This document shows, in pieces, positions 52,739 to 64,000 of a stretch of 64,000 nucleotides of DNA. Source of the stretch: an uncultured Spirochaetota bacterium (GTDB lineage Bacteria > Spirochaetota > Spirochaetia > SZUA-6 > Fen-1364); contig CAVUXE010000010.1 in the NCBI GenBank assembly GCA_963745235.1, positions 55,549-119,548 on the forward strand. Reading direction: 5' to 3'. A program made the translations under genes and the position numbers. The stretch's first letter is position 1; every line of letters begins with the position of its first letter. The notes below the pieces were generated by a model. That model made no database searches. It was not told the origin of the DNA and saw only the letters and a list, made by a program, of their open reading frames with translations.

Positions 52739-54167
52739 ATGCCGAAAATCGACGTCAACGAAAAGCTCTTCTTTCAGGTGCTCGGGAAAAAGCTCGGCCG
52801 GGACGAGCTCACCAGGCTTCTCGACCGCCGCCAAGGCGGAGCTGGACGACTGGCCCGAGGGCGAAGGCATCCTTCGCATCGAGCTGAACGATACGAACAG
52901 GCCGGACCTCTGGTCCACCATGGGCCTTGCGCGGCAGCTTGCCATCTACCTCGGGGGCAAGGCACCAACGTATCCCTTCTTTTCCCGAGAGGGCTCGGCG
53001 CAGAAGACCGAAGACCGCCGGGTCGTCGTGGACGCGGGCCTGGTGGGCATCAGGCCATACATCGCCTCGTTTGTCGCGGAGGGGAAAAAAGTCACGGACG
53101 CCCTCCTTCGCGAAATCATCCAGTCGCAGGAAAAGCTCTGCGGCAACTTCGGAAGGAAACGGAAGACCATCGCCATGGGGGTCTCCCGCGCGGACCTCAT
53201 CCAGTGGCCTGTCCGCTACAGCGCAGCGGACCCGGAGGCAACCCGGTTCGTGCCGCTTGATTTCCAGAAACCCCTGTCCATGAGGGAAATCCTTTCCCAG
53301 CATCCCAAGGGCCGCGAATATGGGCCCATCGTTGCCGGGTTCGGGAAGTTCCCCCTGCTTTCAGATGGCAAGGGAGAGGTCCTCACCTTCCCCCCCGTCA
53401 TCAACTCCGCCCTCATCGGCGGGGTGCGGGTGGGAGACAGCAGGCTCTTCATCGACCTGACCGGCCCGGATCTCGACATCATCCTCATTGCCTGCGGGAT
53501 CACGGCCTGCGATTTCGCGGACATGGGCTTCACGGTCCTGCCTGTTGCGGTCCAGTACCCGTTTGAGACGCCGTACGGCCGGACAATCGCAACTCCGTTC
53601 TACTTTCAGAAGGACACAACCGTCGAGGTGGCGGCAGCGGAAAAGCGGTTGGGAGAGACGTTCTCCCCGGCAGAGGCCGCGGCTCACATCAGGAAAATGG
53701 GAAATGGCGTGCGCGTGGACGGCACGAAGCTCGTCGTCACGCCTCCGGAGTACAGGAATGATTTTCTCCACCCGGTGGACGTGATAGAGGAGATCATGAT
53801 CGGGAGGGGAATGGAGTCTTTCGAGCCGATCATGCCCAGGGATTTCACGGTGGGCCGGCTCTCCCCGGCCGAGTGGTACGCGCGCAGCGTGCGTGAGACC
53901 ATGATCGGCCTGGGCTACCAGGAAATGATCTATCCCTGCCTCGGCGCCCGCAAGGACTTCGTGGACAGGATGTGCACCGACGGCGCGGACGTCATGGAGA
54001 TCGACAACCCCATGACGGAAAGCTTCGATATTGTGCGAAACTCCATCCTGCCGAACCTCCTGGCATCGGAAGCCGTCTCCGCCCATGCCGCCTACCCCCA
54101 CCGCATCTTCGAGGTCGGCAAGGTGGTGGTGAAAGACCCGACGGAAAATTATGGATCGCGCACCATA
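52739..54167 (+). CDS. pheT: Phenylalanine--tRNA ligase beta subunit, archaeal type; frameshift near 52825; truncated at junction
   Basis: MPKIDVN, NDTNRPDLWS, QEKL..NFGRKRK, FPPVINS, YRNDFLHPVDVIEE, YPHRIFEVGK; homology stops after NYGSRT. Confidence 0.9.
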
Positions 54168-54180
54168 CAAGCCTTTCCGT
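54160..54180. other. Probable chimeric / contig-concatenation junction (spirochaete-like to planctomycete-like)
   Basis: Essential pheT cut mid-domain; gene repertoire and indel density change abruptly. Confidence 0.8.
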
Positions 54181-54261
54181 TTGGACCAATTGCTCGCCGC
54201 CGTCGAGCAGGTCATCAACGCCCCGCGGCCCGTGGCACAAGGGTAAACGCATCGCGGAATC

Positions 54262-55477
54262 ATGGATCTCTTCCTCGCGTTGTCCGCCTTGGTTGGCCAT
54301 GCCTTTCTTTGGATCGGACTGGTCAACCGGCTCCACGCCCTTGGGTATTCGTGTGCTTATTGTCAATCTTCTCACCGCGGTCTACTTCGTCTGCGCCGTG
54401 GCGATTCCCGCCGGCATTGCGGGCTGGCTGGTGGGAAAGGCGTTCCTTGATCTTGCTGCGGCTGTCTGTGGGGAGCCTTTGGCGGCGGAAGCCGCGTGGA
54501 AACGCTTGTCGCGGCCTACACCGTTTTGTGCTGGTGCGTCGCTGCTGGCAACATCCCTCTGATCGGGCTGCTTTCAGTTTTTCCGCACCGAACGCCGTGC
54601 ATCGTGCGGTTTCATGGACGATGGCACGCGGCGATCGATCCGAACTCCGCCGCCGTCGGCCCGGAGGAAACGCCGCATCACTTCCTCGCCCGCCTGCCGT
54701 TGAACGAAATCCTGCGGCTCGACGTGACCATTTGGACGTTTGACGTTCCGCGCCTCCCCATTGTGCTCGACGGCCTGTCGATCGTCCATCTCTCCGATTT
54801 TCACTTCACCGGCCGCGTGGGCAAGGCCTACTTCCGCGAGGTCGTCCGCACCAGCAACGAGCTGCAGCCCGACTTGGTGGCGATCACGGGCGATCTGATC
54901 GACTCGGCCGGCGTGCCTCGATCTGATTCCCGACACCCGTGGGCCGACTCGCCTCGCGGCACGGCGTCTACTTCATTCTCGGCAACCACGACCGGCCGTG
55001 TACCCGATGTCCCGCGACTTCGGTGCATGCTGGAACAATGCGGGCTTGCTCGATGTGGGCGGACGCGAGCGCCAGATCGAGATCAATGGTCAGCCCATAT
55101 CGCTGATCGGCAATGAGCGTCCCTGGTTTAGCCTATCGGGCACGAACTCGGCCGCTTGCGGTTTCGCAAGTGTAATCCCGTCCGCTCCGCATCGTGCTGG
55201 CCCACAGTCCCGATCAACTGGCATGGGCGAGGGCCCAAAAGGCCGACCTGATGCTGGCCGGCCACACGCACGGCGGGCAAATGTGTATTCCGCCGCTGCC
55301 CGGTGACTTGTCGCCCAGCCTTCTACGGCGTCAAATACATCTCGGGCATCTACCACGTCACCGCCCACCATCCTGCACATCACCAGTGGCATCTCCGGCG
55401 ACGCCCCGATCCGCTGGCGTTGCCCGCCGGAAATCGCCCGCCTCACGTTGCGGAGTAAAGGGGTCGGGGCTCTTTGA
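54262..55477 (+). CDS. Membrane-anchored metallophosphoesterase (YkuE/YaeI-like); many frameshifts
   Basis: HLSDFH, ITGDLID, LGNHD, LAHSPD, LAGHTHGGQ. Confidence 0.82.
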
Positions 55478-55646
55478 TTTGCCCCCGCCTTGGGCATTGC
55501 GAAAGACAGTGCCAATCAAGTATTGCATCTCCATCTCTGACCGTCTCTAAACGAACTATTCGTGTCAAATATCCTCTGCCGGACAACCCCGGAGTGCAGG
55601 CCATGCCCCGTGTGGGAACACCCCCGTCTGGAGTTCCCCAAACGGT

Positions 55647-55721
55647 TTGACCTTGCTCTGCGCTGTTGGTATATTGAACGCTAGGGTGATTGTCTGCACA
55701 AATGGAATGTAAGCGATTGCT
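55647..55721 (+). promoter_or_regulatory. sigma70 promoter with downstream LacI/cre-like operator
   Basis: TTGACC-N17-TATATT (55647-55675); TGTAAGCGATTGCT at 55708-55721. Confidence 0.5.
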
Positions 55722-55769
55722 TGTCGATAAGGTCGTTTGCATTCCCCGGCACAGCAAGGGGGGCGAACG

Positions 55770-56801
55770 GTGAATCAAAGCAACGGCGGAGCCAGACGGG
55801 GGAAATCTCTCGGTTTTACACTTGTCGAGCTCCTGGTGGTCATTACGATCATCGGCATCTTGATCGCTCTGTTGTTGCCGGCCTGCAAGCGGAGCGCGAG
55901 CGGCGCGACTCATGCAATGCAGCAATCAGCTCAAGCAATTGAGTCTGGCGATGCTCAATTTCGAGAGTTCGCAAGGGGCTTTTCCCTCGGCCGGTTGGGG
56001 ATATACCTGGACGTTCGCACCCCGACCGCGGCGTCGGCATCGACCAGCCGGGCGGCTGGCTCTATTCGCTGCTTCCTTACTATGAGCAGCAAGCCCTGTT
56101 TGATTTGGGAGCGGGCGTGGGCTTCAACACCGACAACGCGGCGTACCGTGCCGCCAACGCCAACGCCTATGACGCCGCTGAGCGTTCTCTATTGCCCTCA
56201 CGACGGGCGCCACTTGCCTATCCGGTCGGCGCCGTTTGGGGTGTGACCTCGCACCTAATCAACTCGGGCGATGTCAAGCTGCTCGGGCGAACCGACTACG
56301 CGGTCAATAACGGCGACTTTTGGCCACTCTGGGGCCCGGGGCCAAGTGGCACCCTCGCCACGGCCCCTTCGTACTTCGCCACCGATCCCACCTATCTGAA
56401 CTCTGTAAGAACTGCGATGGGGTTGTGTTCAGCCACTACCTGATGAAGGTGGCGGAGATCAGAGACGGGCTTTCCGACACCTACATGATCGGCGAGAAAT
56501 ACGCCAATCCCGATGCCTACAACACGGCTTTGTGGTATGGCGACGATCAGGGGCCCTTTGTCGGTGACGATTGGGACACCTCCCCCGCCGCCGGCGACGA
56601 GGGGGGCAACTATCTCGCGCCCATGCAGGACACGCCCGGCGTCGCGGAGTCGTATGAGTTCGGCAGCGCCCACGCCAGCGGATTCAACATGGCCTCTGCG
56701 ATGCTTCGGTGCGGATGATCAGTTACGGAATCCACCCGGACGTCCACCGCCACTTGGCCAATGGAAAAGACGGAACTCCGATCGATCCGAACGGGTACTA
56801 A
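55770..56801 (+). CDS. DUF1559 (prepilin-type N-terminus, H-X9-DG-like C-terminus) planctomycete protein; many frameshifts
   Basis: GFTLVELLVVITIIGILIALLLPA, QCSNQLKQL, QPGGW.YSLLPYYEQ, IRDGLSDTYMIGEK, FGSAH.SGFN. Confidence 0.88.
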
Positions 56802-57128
56802 GGCGCCGCTCTCCGTTTTTTGTCCCACATGTATGCTGATCGTGAAATCGGCTGCCTAGGAATACAGGGATATTCCGAATAGCCGGACTCTCCGCAATAA
56901 CGGGAATATCGCCAATACTCGAACGATTTCCCTCAGGATCGACGGAAAAGATGCGAAATAATGCCGCACGGAAGGGCAGGGTCGCTTGAAGACCTGGGGC
57001 AAGCTGGCCCGGCTGATCTACTTCTTCCCATGCCTCTTTTTCTCCCCCTTCTGCGTGCCATATTTCTTGCCAGTTGCCGGGCGTATCCTAATCTTGATTA
57101 GCATTGCCGTTAATCGAAGGGCGCGGAA

Positions 57129-57455
57129 ATGGGAAAAATCATATTTACCGCGTCATTCTATTTCTTGGGCGTCGCCGCCTCCATCGTCGCCGTTTTGGTC
57201 CTTCTTGCAACAGGAAAGCGCGCCGGCGAGAGCATTGACGTGAACCTCAACACGCTTCATGCGGCGTCTCTCGGCCTCTCGACACGAAGGCAAGTGACGC
57301 TCGGCGATCTGTCGTCGTCGATGTGCAAGGACGTGCCGTGGGAAGAGAGAGCGAGATTGAGCGGTTGGAAATCGCTTTGGATGCAATGGTGTCAGCTATG
57401 CCAAAGGAAGGCGTATCTGAAGCAGAGGGCGATGTATTCGTGGGCCCGAGGATGA
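57129..57455 (+). CDS. Hypothetical small membrane protein
   Basis: ATG with purine-rich upstream and one hydrophobic segment; no recognisable family. Confidence 0.3.
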   Translation: MGKIIFTASFYFLGVAASIVAVLVLLATGKRAGESIDVNLNTLHAASLGLSTRRQVTLGDLSSSMCKDVPWEERARLSGWKSLWMQWCQLCQRKAYLKQRAMYSWARG

Positions 57456-57618
57456 CGGGCGCGGCGCGCTTTCCTGATCGGAGTCCTTCTGGAAGCCCAG
57501 TTCAATCAGCCCATCACCGTCCAAAACATCCTGGCCGGCTTCAGACGCCATATCCGTCGGCGTCGCGCATCGAAACGCCGAATCCCCACACCGCCCCGGA
57601 ACGGATGCGCTCGCCGCT

Positions 57619-58157
<539 letters not shown>

Positions 58158-58198
58158 AATCGCGTACCTCCGAACGTGGCTTGAAACGCCTTCATCCG

Positions 58199-58278
58199 AC
58201 CGTCATCCTGAGCGTAGCGAAGGAACCCCTTGGCAGCAAGCGTCCGCACAAGATGCTTCGCTGCGTCGGGATGGCGGT
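58199..58278. repeat. CGTC-type REP-like palindromic element
   Basis: ACCGTCATCCTGAGCGTAGCGAAGGA...TGCTTCGCTGCGTCGGGATGGCGGT, an imperfect inverted repeat in an intergenic gap. Confidence 0.7.
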
Positions 58279-58327
58279 GACTTTGCCCGCCTGCGAGCAG
58301 TTGCGATTGTACCATTTGTACGCCACG

Positions 58328-59065
58328 TTAGAAGTAGAGCCCGCCGTTGACGTTGATCGTCTGCGCCGTGATGTAGCGGCTCGCTCGAGCGAGGAACACG
58401 ACCGCCTGGGCGACTTCCTCGGGCGTGCCGAGCCGCTGCAAGAGAATGCCCTCGGCGGCCTTTTGCACCGCCTCCGACGCATGCCGGCGGCCGCCATCTC
58501 GGAGGCGATCAGCCCCGCCGCCACGGTGTTGCAGCGGATGTTTCTTGTCGCGCCGAACCGGGCGATCACCTGGCCGAGCGAAATCAGGCCGGCCTTGCTG
58601 GCCGCGTAATGCGCGGTGCGGGGACCGCCGTATTGTCCGCTGACGGAGCCGATGTTGACGATGCTCCCGCCGCCTCGCCGCCGCAGCGCCGGCAGGGCCT
58701 CTTGGCGCAGACGAACGGGCCCTTAAGATTCACCGCCAGAATCTCATCCCAGTCGGCGTCGGTGATCTGATCGAAATCGGCCGGCTTGTTTGCGCCGGCG
58801 TTATTCACCAAGACATCCAACCCGCCAAAAATCGCCTCGACCTGGCCGATGGCCGTGCGGATCGGATTCGCGGCTACGCACATCCAACGGAATCGCGGCG
58901 GCTCGGCCGCCCTCGAGCTCGATCTGGCGAACGACGTCCTCGGCGGCGGCGCGTTGTTCGCGGTAGGTCAGCGCCGTGGCGGCGCCCTCGCGGGCCAATG
59001 CCAAGCTAATGGCGTCCGATGCCCGACTGCCGCCGGTGACTAGCGCTTTTTCCGTTCAGACTCAT
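58328..59065 (-). CDS. SDR family oxidoreductase (FabG-like); frameshifted
   Basis: ALVTGGSR, LDVLVNNAG, VNLKGPF, HYAASKAG, ITAQTINVNGGLYF. Confidence 0.85.
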
Positions 59066-59118
59066 GTCCGCAGATTGTTTCCGTGACAGGCACATGGCCG
59101 AATTGCTGCGGTCATGAC

Positions 59119-59905
59119 TCAGGACAGATTGATGCTTCGGCCGCCGTCAACGTCGATGGTTTGGCCCGTTATGTAGGCTGCCGCAGGCGACACCAGGAAG
59201 AGCACGACCTGGGCCACGTCGTCCGGCTGGCCGAACCTGCCCAAGGGCGTTTTGGCGAGGATGCCTTGGGCCAGATCGTCGAACGTTTGGCCGCGGCTCT
59301 CGGCCCTCTGGGTGAACACGTATCGCATCATCTCGGTCTCGGTGTTGCCGGGACAGATCGCATTCACGTTGATGCCGAAGGGGGCCAAATCGATGGCCAG
59401 CACCTTCGTCAGTCCGAGGACGCCGTGCTTCGAGGCGCAATAAGCGGCCTGCCCCGGCGCCCCGACCTTGCCCGCCAGCGACGCGATGTTCACGATCCGG
59501 CCCGACCGCTGCTTCGACATCACGCGCGCCACGCTCTGCGAACAGACGAATACGCCCTTCGAGATTGACGGCCAGGGTCCGATCCCATTCCTCTTCGGTG
59601 AGATCGAGAATCGGCGTGTTGCTGACCACGCCGGCGTTATTGACCAGGATATCGATGCGTCCGGTCCGCGAGAGCGTTTCCTGCACGAGCCGATCGACCG
59701 ACTGGCTTTGTGTAACGTCGGCCACGGCGGCGTGGGCGAGAAAGCCGGCGTCGCGCAATTCCTTGGCCGCTTGCTCGGCCCCTTCGGCATTGAGATCGAC
59801 CACGACGACCGCCGCGCCTTCGCGTGCCAAAGCCGTCGCGATGGCTTTGCCGATTCCGCGGGCCGCGCCTGTGACCAGCGCGGTTTTGCCCTTCAGTGGG
59901 CACAT
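59119..59905 (-). CDS. SDR family oxidoreductase (polyol/sugar dehydrogenase-like); frameshift near 59560
   Basis: [37 protein letters not shown]. Confidence 0.88.
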
Positions 59906-59942
59906 TCTCGTGTCGCTTTCCATCACGCTCTCCTCGGATTTG

Positions 59943-61094
59943 CTATTCTGCTTGAATGTTTAGTGGATATCGTCCGGCTTTCTTGACTTCATCGCACATC
60001 GCCACGATATTCTCCGGCGGCACGTCGGGCTGGAGGCAGTGGACGGCCGCGGCGACGTATCCGCCGCCGGGGGCGAGGTCTTTGATCCGCCGCCGGACTT
60101 CCTTGCGCACTTCGTCCGGCGTGCCGTGCGGCATGACCTGCCGCGTGTCGATTCCGCCGCAGAACGAAAGGCGGTCGCCGAACTCCCGCTTCAGCCGGGC
60201 CGTGTCGCCCATTTCGCCGGCCGAAACCTGCACCGGATTGAGCAGATCCACGCCCACGTCGGCCAGATCGCCCAAGAGCCGATAGATATTGCCGCAGCTA
60301 TGGAAGAAGATCTTGCCCGCAGATGCGCTGCTTGATTGCCCCCAGGAGTTCCGCGTGATGCGGCTTGATCAGCCGGCGATAGGCCGCCGGCGACATCATC
60401 GGGCCGGCCGTCATGCCGAGGTCGTCGCCGGTGACAAACACATCGACATAGGGCCCGACGTGCGCGAAGCACGCATCGACGTAGCGAGAGCGAGACTCTT
60501 GAGTTTGACCATCAGCGCGGTGAAGAAGTCCTCGTCGGCGGCCATGTCCATCAAGACCACGTCCATCCCGCGCATCAGGCACGCCTGCTCGAAGAGGCGT
60601 GACGCCCGTCAGCAAGACGGTCGCGTAGCCGGCCTTCTGAATGGCCTGGGCTCGCTCGGCCAAACCGGCGAACCGCGCAGGCGGCGTCAGATTGGGCCAA
60701 GGATATTTCTCGATGTCGTCGATGGTCGCGTTGCGCAAGGGGAAGCCGGCGATCTCAAAGTAGATGCTGTCGGGCGCCCTGCGCCAGGGAGTTCCCCAGG
60801 CGTCGATGATGTGATCGTCGGAGATTTCCTTGGCGAAGGCCGATTCCGCCGGGCCGGGCGCGAGGTCCGAGCGTCGCTGCCCAGCCGCACCATGACTTCT
60901 TCGTCCATCCAGGTGTATTGCAGCGGCTTCGAGAACCATCGCAGCGGCCCGCCTCGAATGCCCAGTGGATTTCAGCTTGTCGTAGCCGGGGCCCAAAACC
61001 GTCGTGGCGCCCGAAGTGCCGAGGAACAGCGGCACGCGATCCGGCTCCTCGTGATTCAAGCGCACAGCACGCGGTCTCGTGGAGTGCAACTCAT
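59943..61094 (-). CDS. Uroporphyrinogen decarboxylase / MtaA-CmuA family protein; frameshifted
   Basis: NHEEPDRVP, DAWG, GDDLG....MMSP, FFHSCG, LNPVQ, GGIDT, LAPGGGY....H.LQ.DVPPEN. Confidence 0.85.
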
Positions 61095-61348
61095 TCCGCG
61101 CTTCCCAGACATTGGTCTTACGGTGCTGTTTTTACGTTCACAGATCAAGGCTTCTTCGATGAATACGTCGAGATATGTCGTATCATAACAACATACATCA
61201 AGGCCGCAGTGACTGTCCAGGCCATCGACGACGAAAATTATTCACCAGCAAAGGCGGTGAACATTCCAGAAGAAGAGGTGGCAAGAAGCGATTCAGCGTC
61301 GCCACGAAATAATTTATGACAACGCCCGTCGAGGGACTTACGGAATTT

Positions 61349-61401
61349 TGGGCACGGGCTTCCAGCCCGTGAAGGACACACGGCCAAGGTGGCCGTGCCA
61401 C
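61349..61401. repeat. GTRG-type REP doublet (REPIN-like)
   Basis: TGGGCACGGGCTTCCAGCCCGTG and the inverted CACGGCCAAGGTGGCCGTGCCAC, each with an internal hairpin. Confidence 0.7.
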
Positions 61402-61608
61402 GCTGCTTGACACGAAATCCGTCAGTGCCGCCGTCGATTGCTGTTGCGGGGCCTCTTGCAACAGGGGTGATTCCATTTTGGTCTAATAGGAAGTAAGGGA
61501 CATGACTCCGAAACTCGAAGCCATGTCCCCCTTGGAGGATACTGCAGAGATCCTCACGCAGCAGCCCCCCAAGGACACAATGAGGGGCTCGCTCAGTGAC
61601 GTTTGTGT

Positions 61609-64000
61609 TTATCGGCGGCGTCGGATGTACGCCGCTACGCCGATCAGACCCAACGCCAGCAACGCGATGGTTCCCGGCTCGGGCACTGTCTTGATGCCCG
61701 CGGCGTTCAACATGTTGATGGCCGCGGCATCCAGGTTGGTATACGACGCCACGTTGAAGGTCGCCGGCAACGTCTGACCGAAGTTGGCCAGAACGATGCT
61801 CAGGTCCGAAGAGCCGACCGTGTCGTTGTAGTCGAAATCTCCGGTGGCCCAAACGCCGGCCTTGCCGAAGTTGGACAGAACAATGCTCAGGTCCGACGAG
61901 CCCACGGCCCCGTTCAGATCGGCGTCGCCGTAGACGGCGGGCTTGACCGTGACGGATCGTCCGCCGGCTGTCGGATCGACCCAGCCGAGCCCCACGTTGG
62001 TGGTGGCGGCAGCGGTCGGGCTGAACAGCGGGCCGGAGGTCCACGGTCCAGCACCCGCGGTGTAGCTGGCCTTCAAGTTGGCCAGAACCGTGGCCGCCGG
62101 ATCGTCGCCCGCGCCGGCATAGTCGAAGACGACTTGTCCGGCCTGGAGATCGATGCCTTGCGGGTTAGTCCAGCACGTTGTTGCGAGCCGCCGCGTTGGC
62201 CAGTTCGAGCGTGCCGCCCTTGACCGTGGTCAAGCCGGTGTAGGTGTTGGCCGCGGTAAGGGTCAACGTGCCGGCAGTGCCGAGCTTGGTCAATCCGCCG
62301 TCCGTGCCGACGACGCCACTGACCAAGGGCTGGTTGATCGTAACGGCATGGCCGTTCGTGTCGATAACCGCCCCGGCCTGCACGTTCAGCGCGTCCACTT
62401 GACGGCGTCACCGCCGCCGACGTTGGTGATGAAATCGCTACTGTTGGCCGAAGCCTGCAGAGTGCCGCCTTGGAAGTTCACGGTGCTAAGCACGGTCCTC
62501 ATACCGGCAGCCGTATGAGCGATGATCTGCGGAGCGGTGAACGTTCCGCCGGCCAGATCGAGGTAGCCCTCGCCTGTGGTATAGTTGCCCCAGTAGTCAT
62601 ACTCGCCGACGATGACCCGCTGGGTGCAGGTCGTCTGGCCGCCGTTTTGGTGCCATTCGCCGTAACCGCCGATGGCACCCACTACAATCGTGCCATGAGG
62701 GGTGCCATTCTGGCCGCCATAAAGCCCCGTCACGTTGACGGTGCCGTCGCTGACCGTGACAGTTCCCAGTCCTCGATAATAAACCGAGGTTTCCGGAATC
62801 TGATCGCCCCAATTCAGACCTACGGCGAGATCCGAATTGGCGGTGAAAAGAACTCGCCGTTTCTGACATCCAAGGTTCCAACGCCCCACACACCAAGGGT
62901 GAGATTTCCATTGATCGAGAAGGCGGCATTGTCCTGAACGGTGACGTGGCCGGCACCGAAGCCGTCCGTACCGTAATTCGTACCGATATTGGCCCATTGG
63001 GTAATGGTCAACTGCGGCATGGTCGGCAACTACGAAGGAGCCGGTAGTGCCTTTCGTGTCACCCAGGTTTAAGCGCATTGTTGTCCACAAACGAGGCATA
63101 GCCCGTTACGAGCACTGTGGCATTAGCGCCGGCGGGCAGAGAATCGGCAGCGATGTTGACTTGTGCGGCGACGTTAAAGACCGTGCCGACCGCGCCACCG
63201 AAGACGAAGGTTCCGGCTTGGGCATTGAAACCGCTGGCGCGAACGTATTGGCCGTAGGAGCGACAGGGTTGAACGTCGACGTCCCGGCGCCGCGCATGGT
63301 GAAACCGCCGGCTTGTGTAAGCGACGACGCCCGCGATGGTGAGATTGTTCGCCGGCGCGATGGCGGCGTTGCCGGCAATCGTGAATCCGTGATTCAGGAC
63401 GATGCTCGCGCCCGCGTCGGGGAAAGTGCCGCCGGCGAGAGTGCAGATCGGAACTTGCACAACCAGGGCTTGAGTTGCCCACCGCAGCGTGCCACTCTGG
63501 ACGATGGTTGGGCCGGTGTAGGTGTTGGCGCCGGTGAGGGTCAACGTGCCCGGTCCGACGAGAGTCAGGGCCGCCGGCTGGCCCGTCACGGCATCGCTCA
63601 GGACGCCGTTGAGGGTCAGACTGCTGCTGCCGGCCACGGTGATGATCGGGTCTCCGACAGCCATCTTGATGTCGGGATTCACGATGTGGTCGCCCGAAAG
63701 CACCTGGATCTGCGAATTCGCCGCGATCGAGGAATTCAGCGTGATCGTGTCCGATCCGGCCGCGGGCGTGATCGTGAACGATGGTTCCCCTGAACAGCAT
63801 CGAGCTGAGCGTTACGGGCTCGTCCAACGTAACGCTGTGGGTGGCTGGATCGAGCCGCCTGTCACGTTGTCGTCGAACCAGGCTCTGGCAGTCGTGCTGT
63901 TGGGAACCGCCGAGGACGTGGTGCCTCCCTCGTCCCAATTGGCGGCAACGCTCCAGCTTACACCATCGCTCTTGCCCGTCCAACCGCGTAGGGTGGACTG
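61609..64000 (-). CDS. Large PEP-CTERM surface protein with autotransporter-associated beta-strand repeats and dockerin-like EF motifs; 5' end beyond window; many frameshifts
   Basis: GTLTLTGANTYTG.T.V..GTL repeats; YGDADLNGAV..SDL / GDFDYNDTV..SDL; VPEPGTIALLALGLIGVAAYIRRRR. Confidence 0.88.

Noticed and set aside
5010-54167. Programmed frameshifting or mass pseudogenisation
   Set aside because: Single-base indels, often in G/C runs, hit essential leuS, pheS and pheT at random positions while motifs stay intact; this pattern fits sequencing error.
54168-54743. Novel C-terminal extension or fusion of PheT (607-aa ORF)
   Set aside because: Read-through across the junction into out-of-frame sequence of the other genome.
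55608-55645. Type I-E CRISPR repeat-like GTTCCCC hairpin
   Set aside because: Single copy; better explained as a degenerate REP or hairpin.

Overview
The window joins two unrelated genomic segments. Bases 1 to about 54,167 are a gene-dense, GC-rich spirochaete-like region, judged by archaeal-type PheRS, a spirochaete-style GGDEF protein and an aroF-pheA fusion. It contains a selenium/molybdenum-cofactor cluster (modABC, yqeC, yqeB, yedF, DUF3343, selD, cysteine desulfurase), leuS, and a large sigma54-linked signalling block (two histidine kinases, an NtrC-type activator, REC, MCP, HD-GYP, CheW and a 7TM-PAS-Cys/His protein). It also has two candidate c-di-GMP receptors (stand-alone MshEN-like and ComFB), a YghO/bCerS-like GNAT, a lower-GC sensory segment and an Lrp-controlled ornithine-cyclodeaminase-like locus. 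At about 54,167 pheT breaks off mid-domain and the sequence becomes planctomycete-like (DUF1559, PEP-CTERM/dockerin protein, REP elements) with much denser indels; this is most likely a chimeric or concatenated junction. Single-base frameshifts in essential genes indicate uncorrected sequencing errors, so split ORFs are merged here. Notable non-coding signals are three near-consensus sigma54 promoters, a tandem 18-bp enhancer-like repeat, Lrp-type sites phased about 30 bp apart, and about nine promoters that abut start codons (probable leaderless mRNAs). No rRNA, tRNA, CRISPR array or transposase was found. All family assignments are from motif recognition by eye, not database searches.
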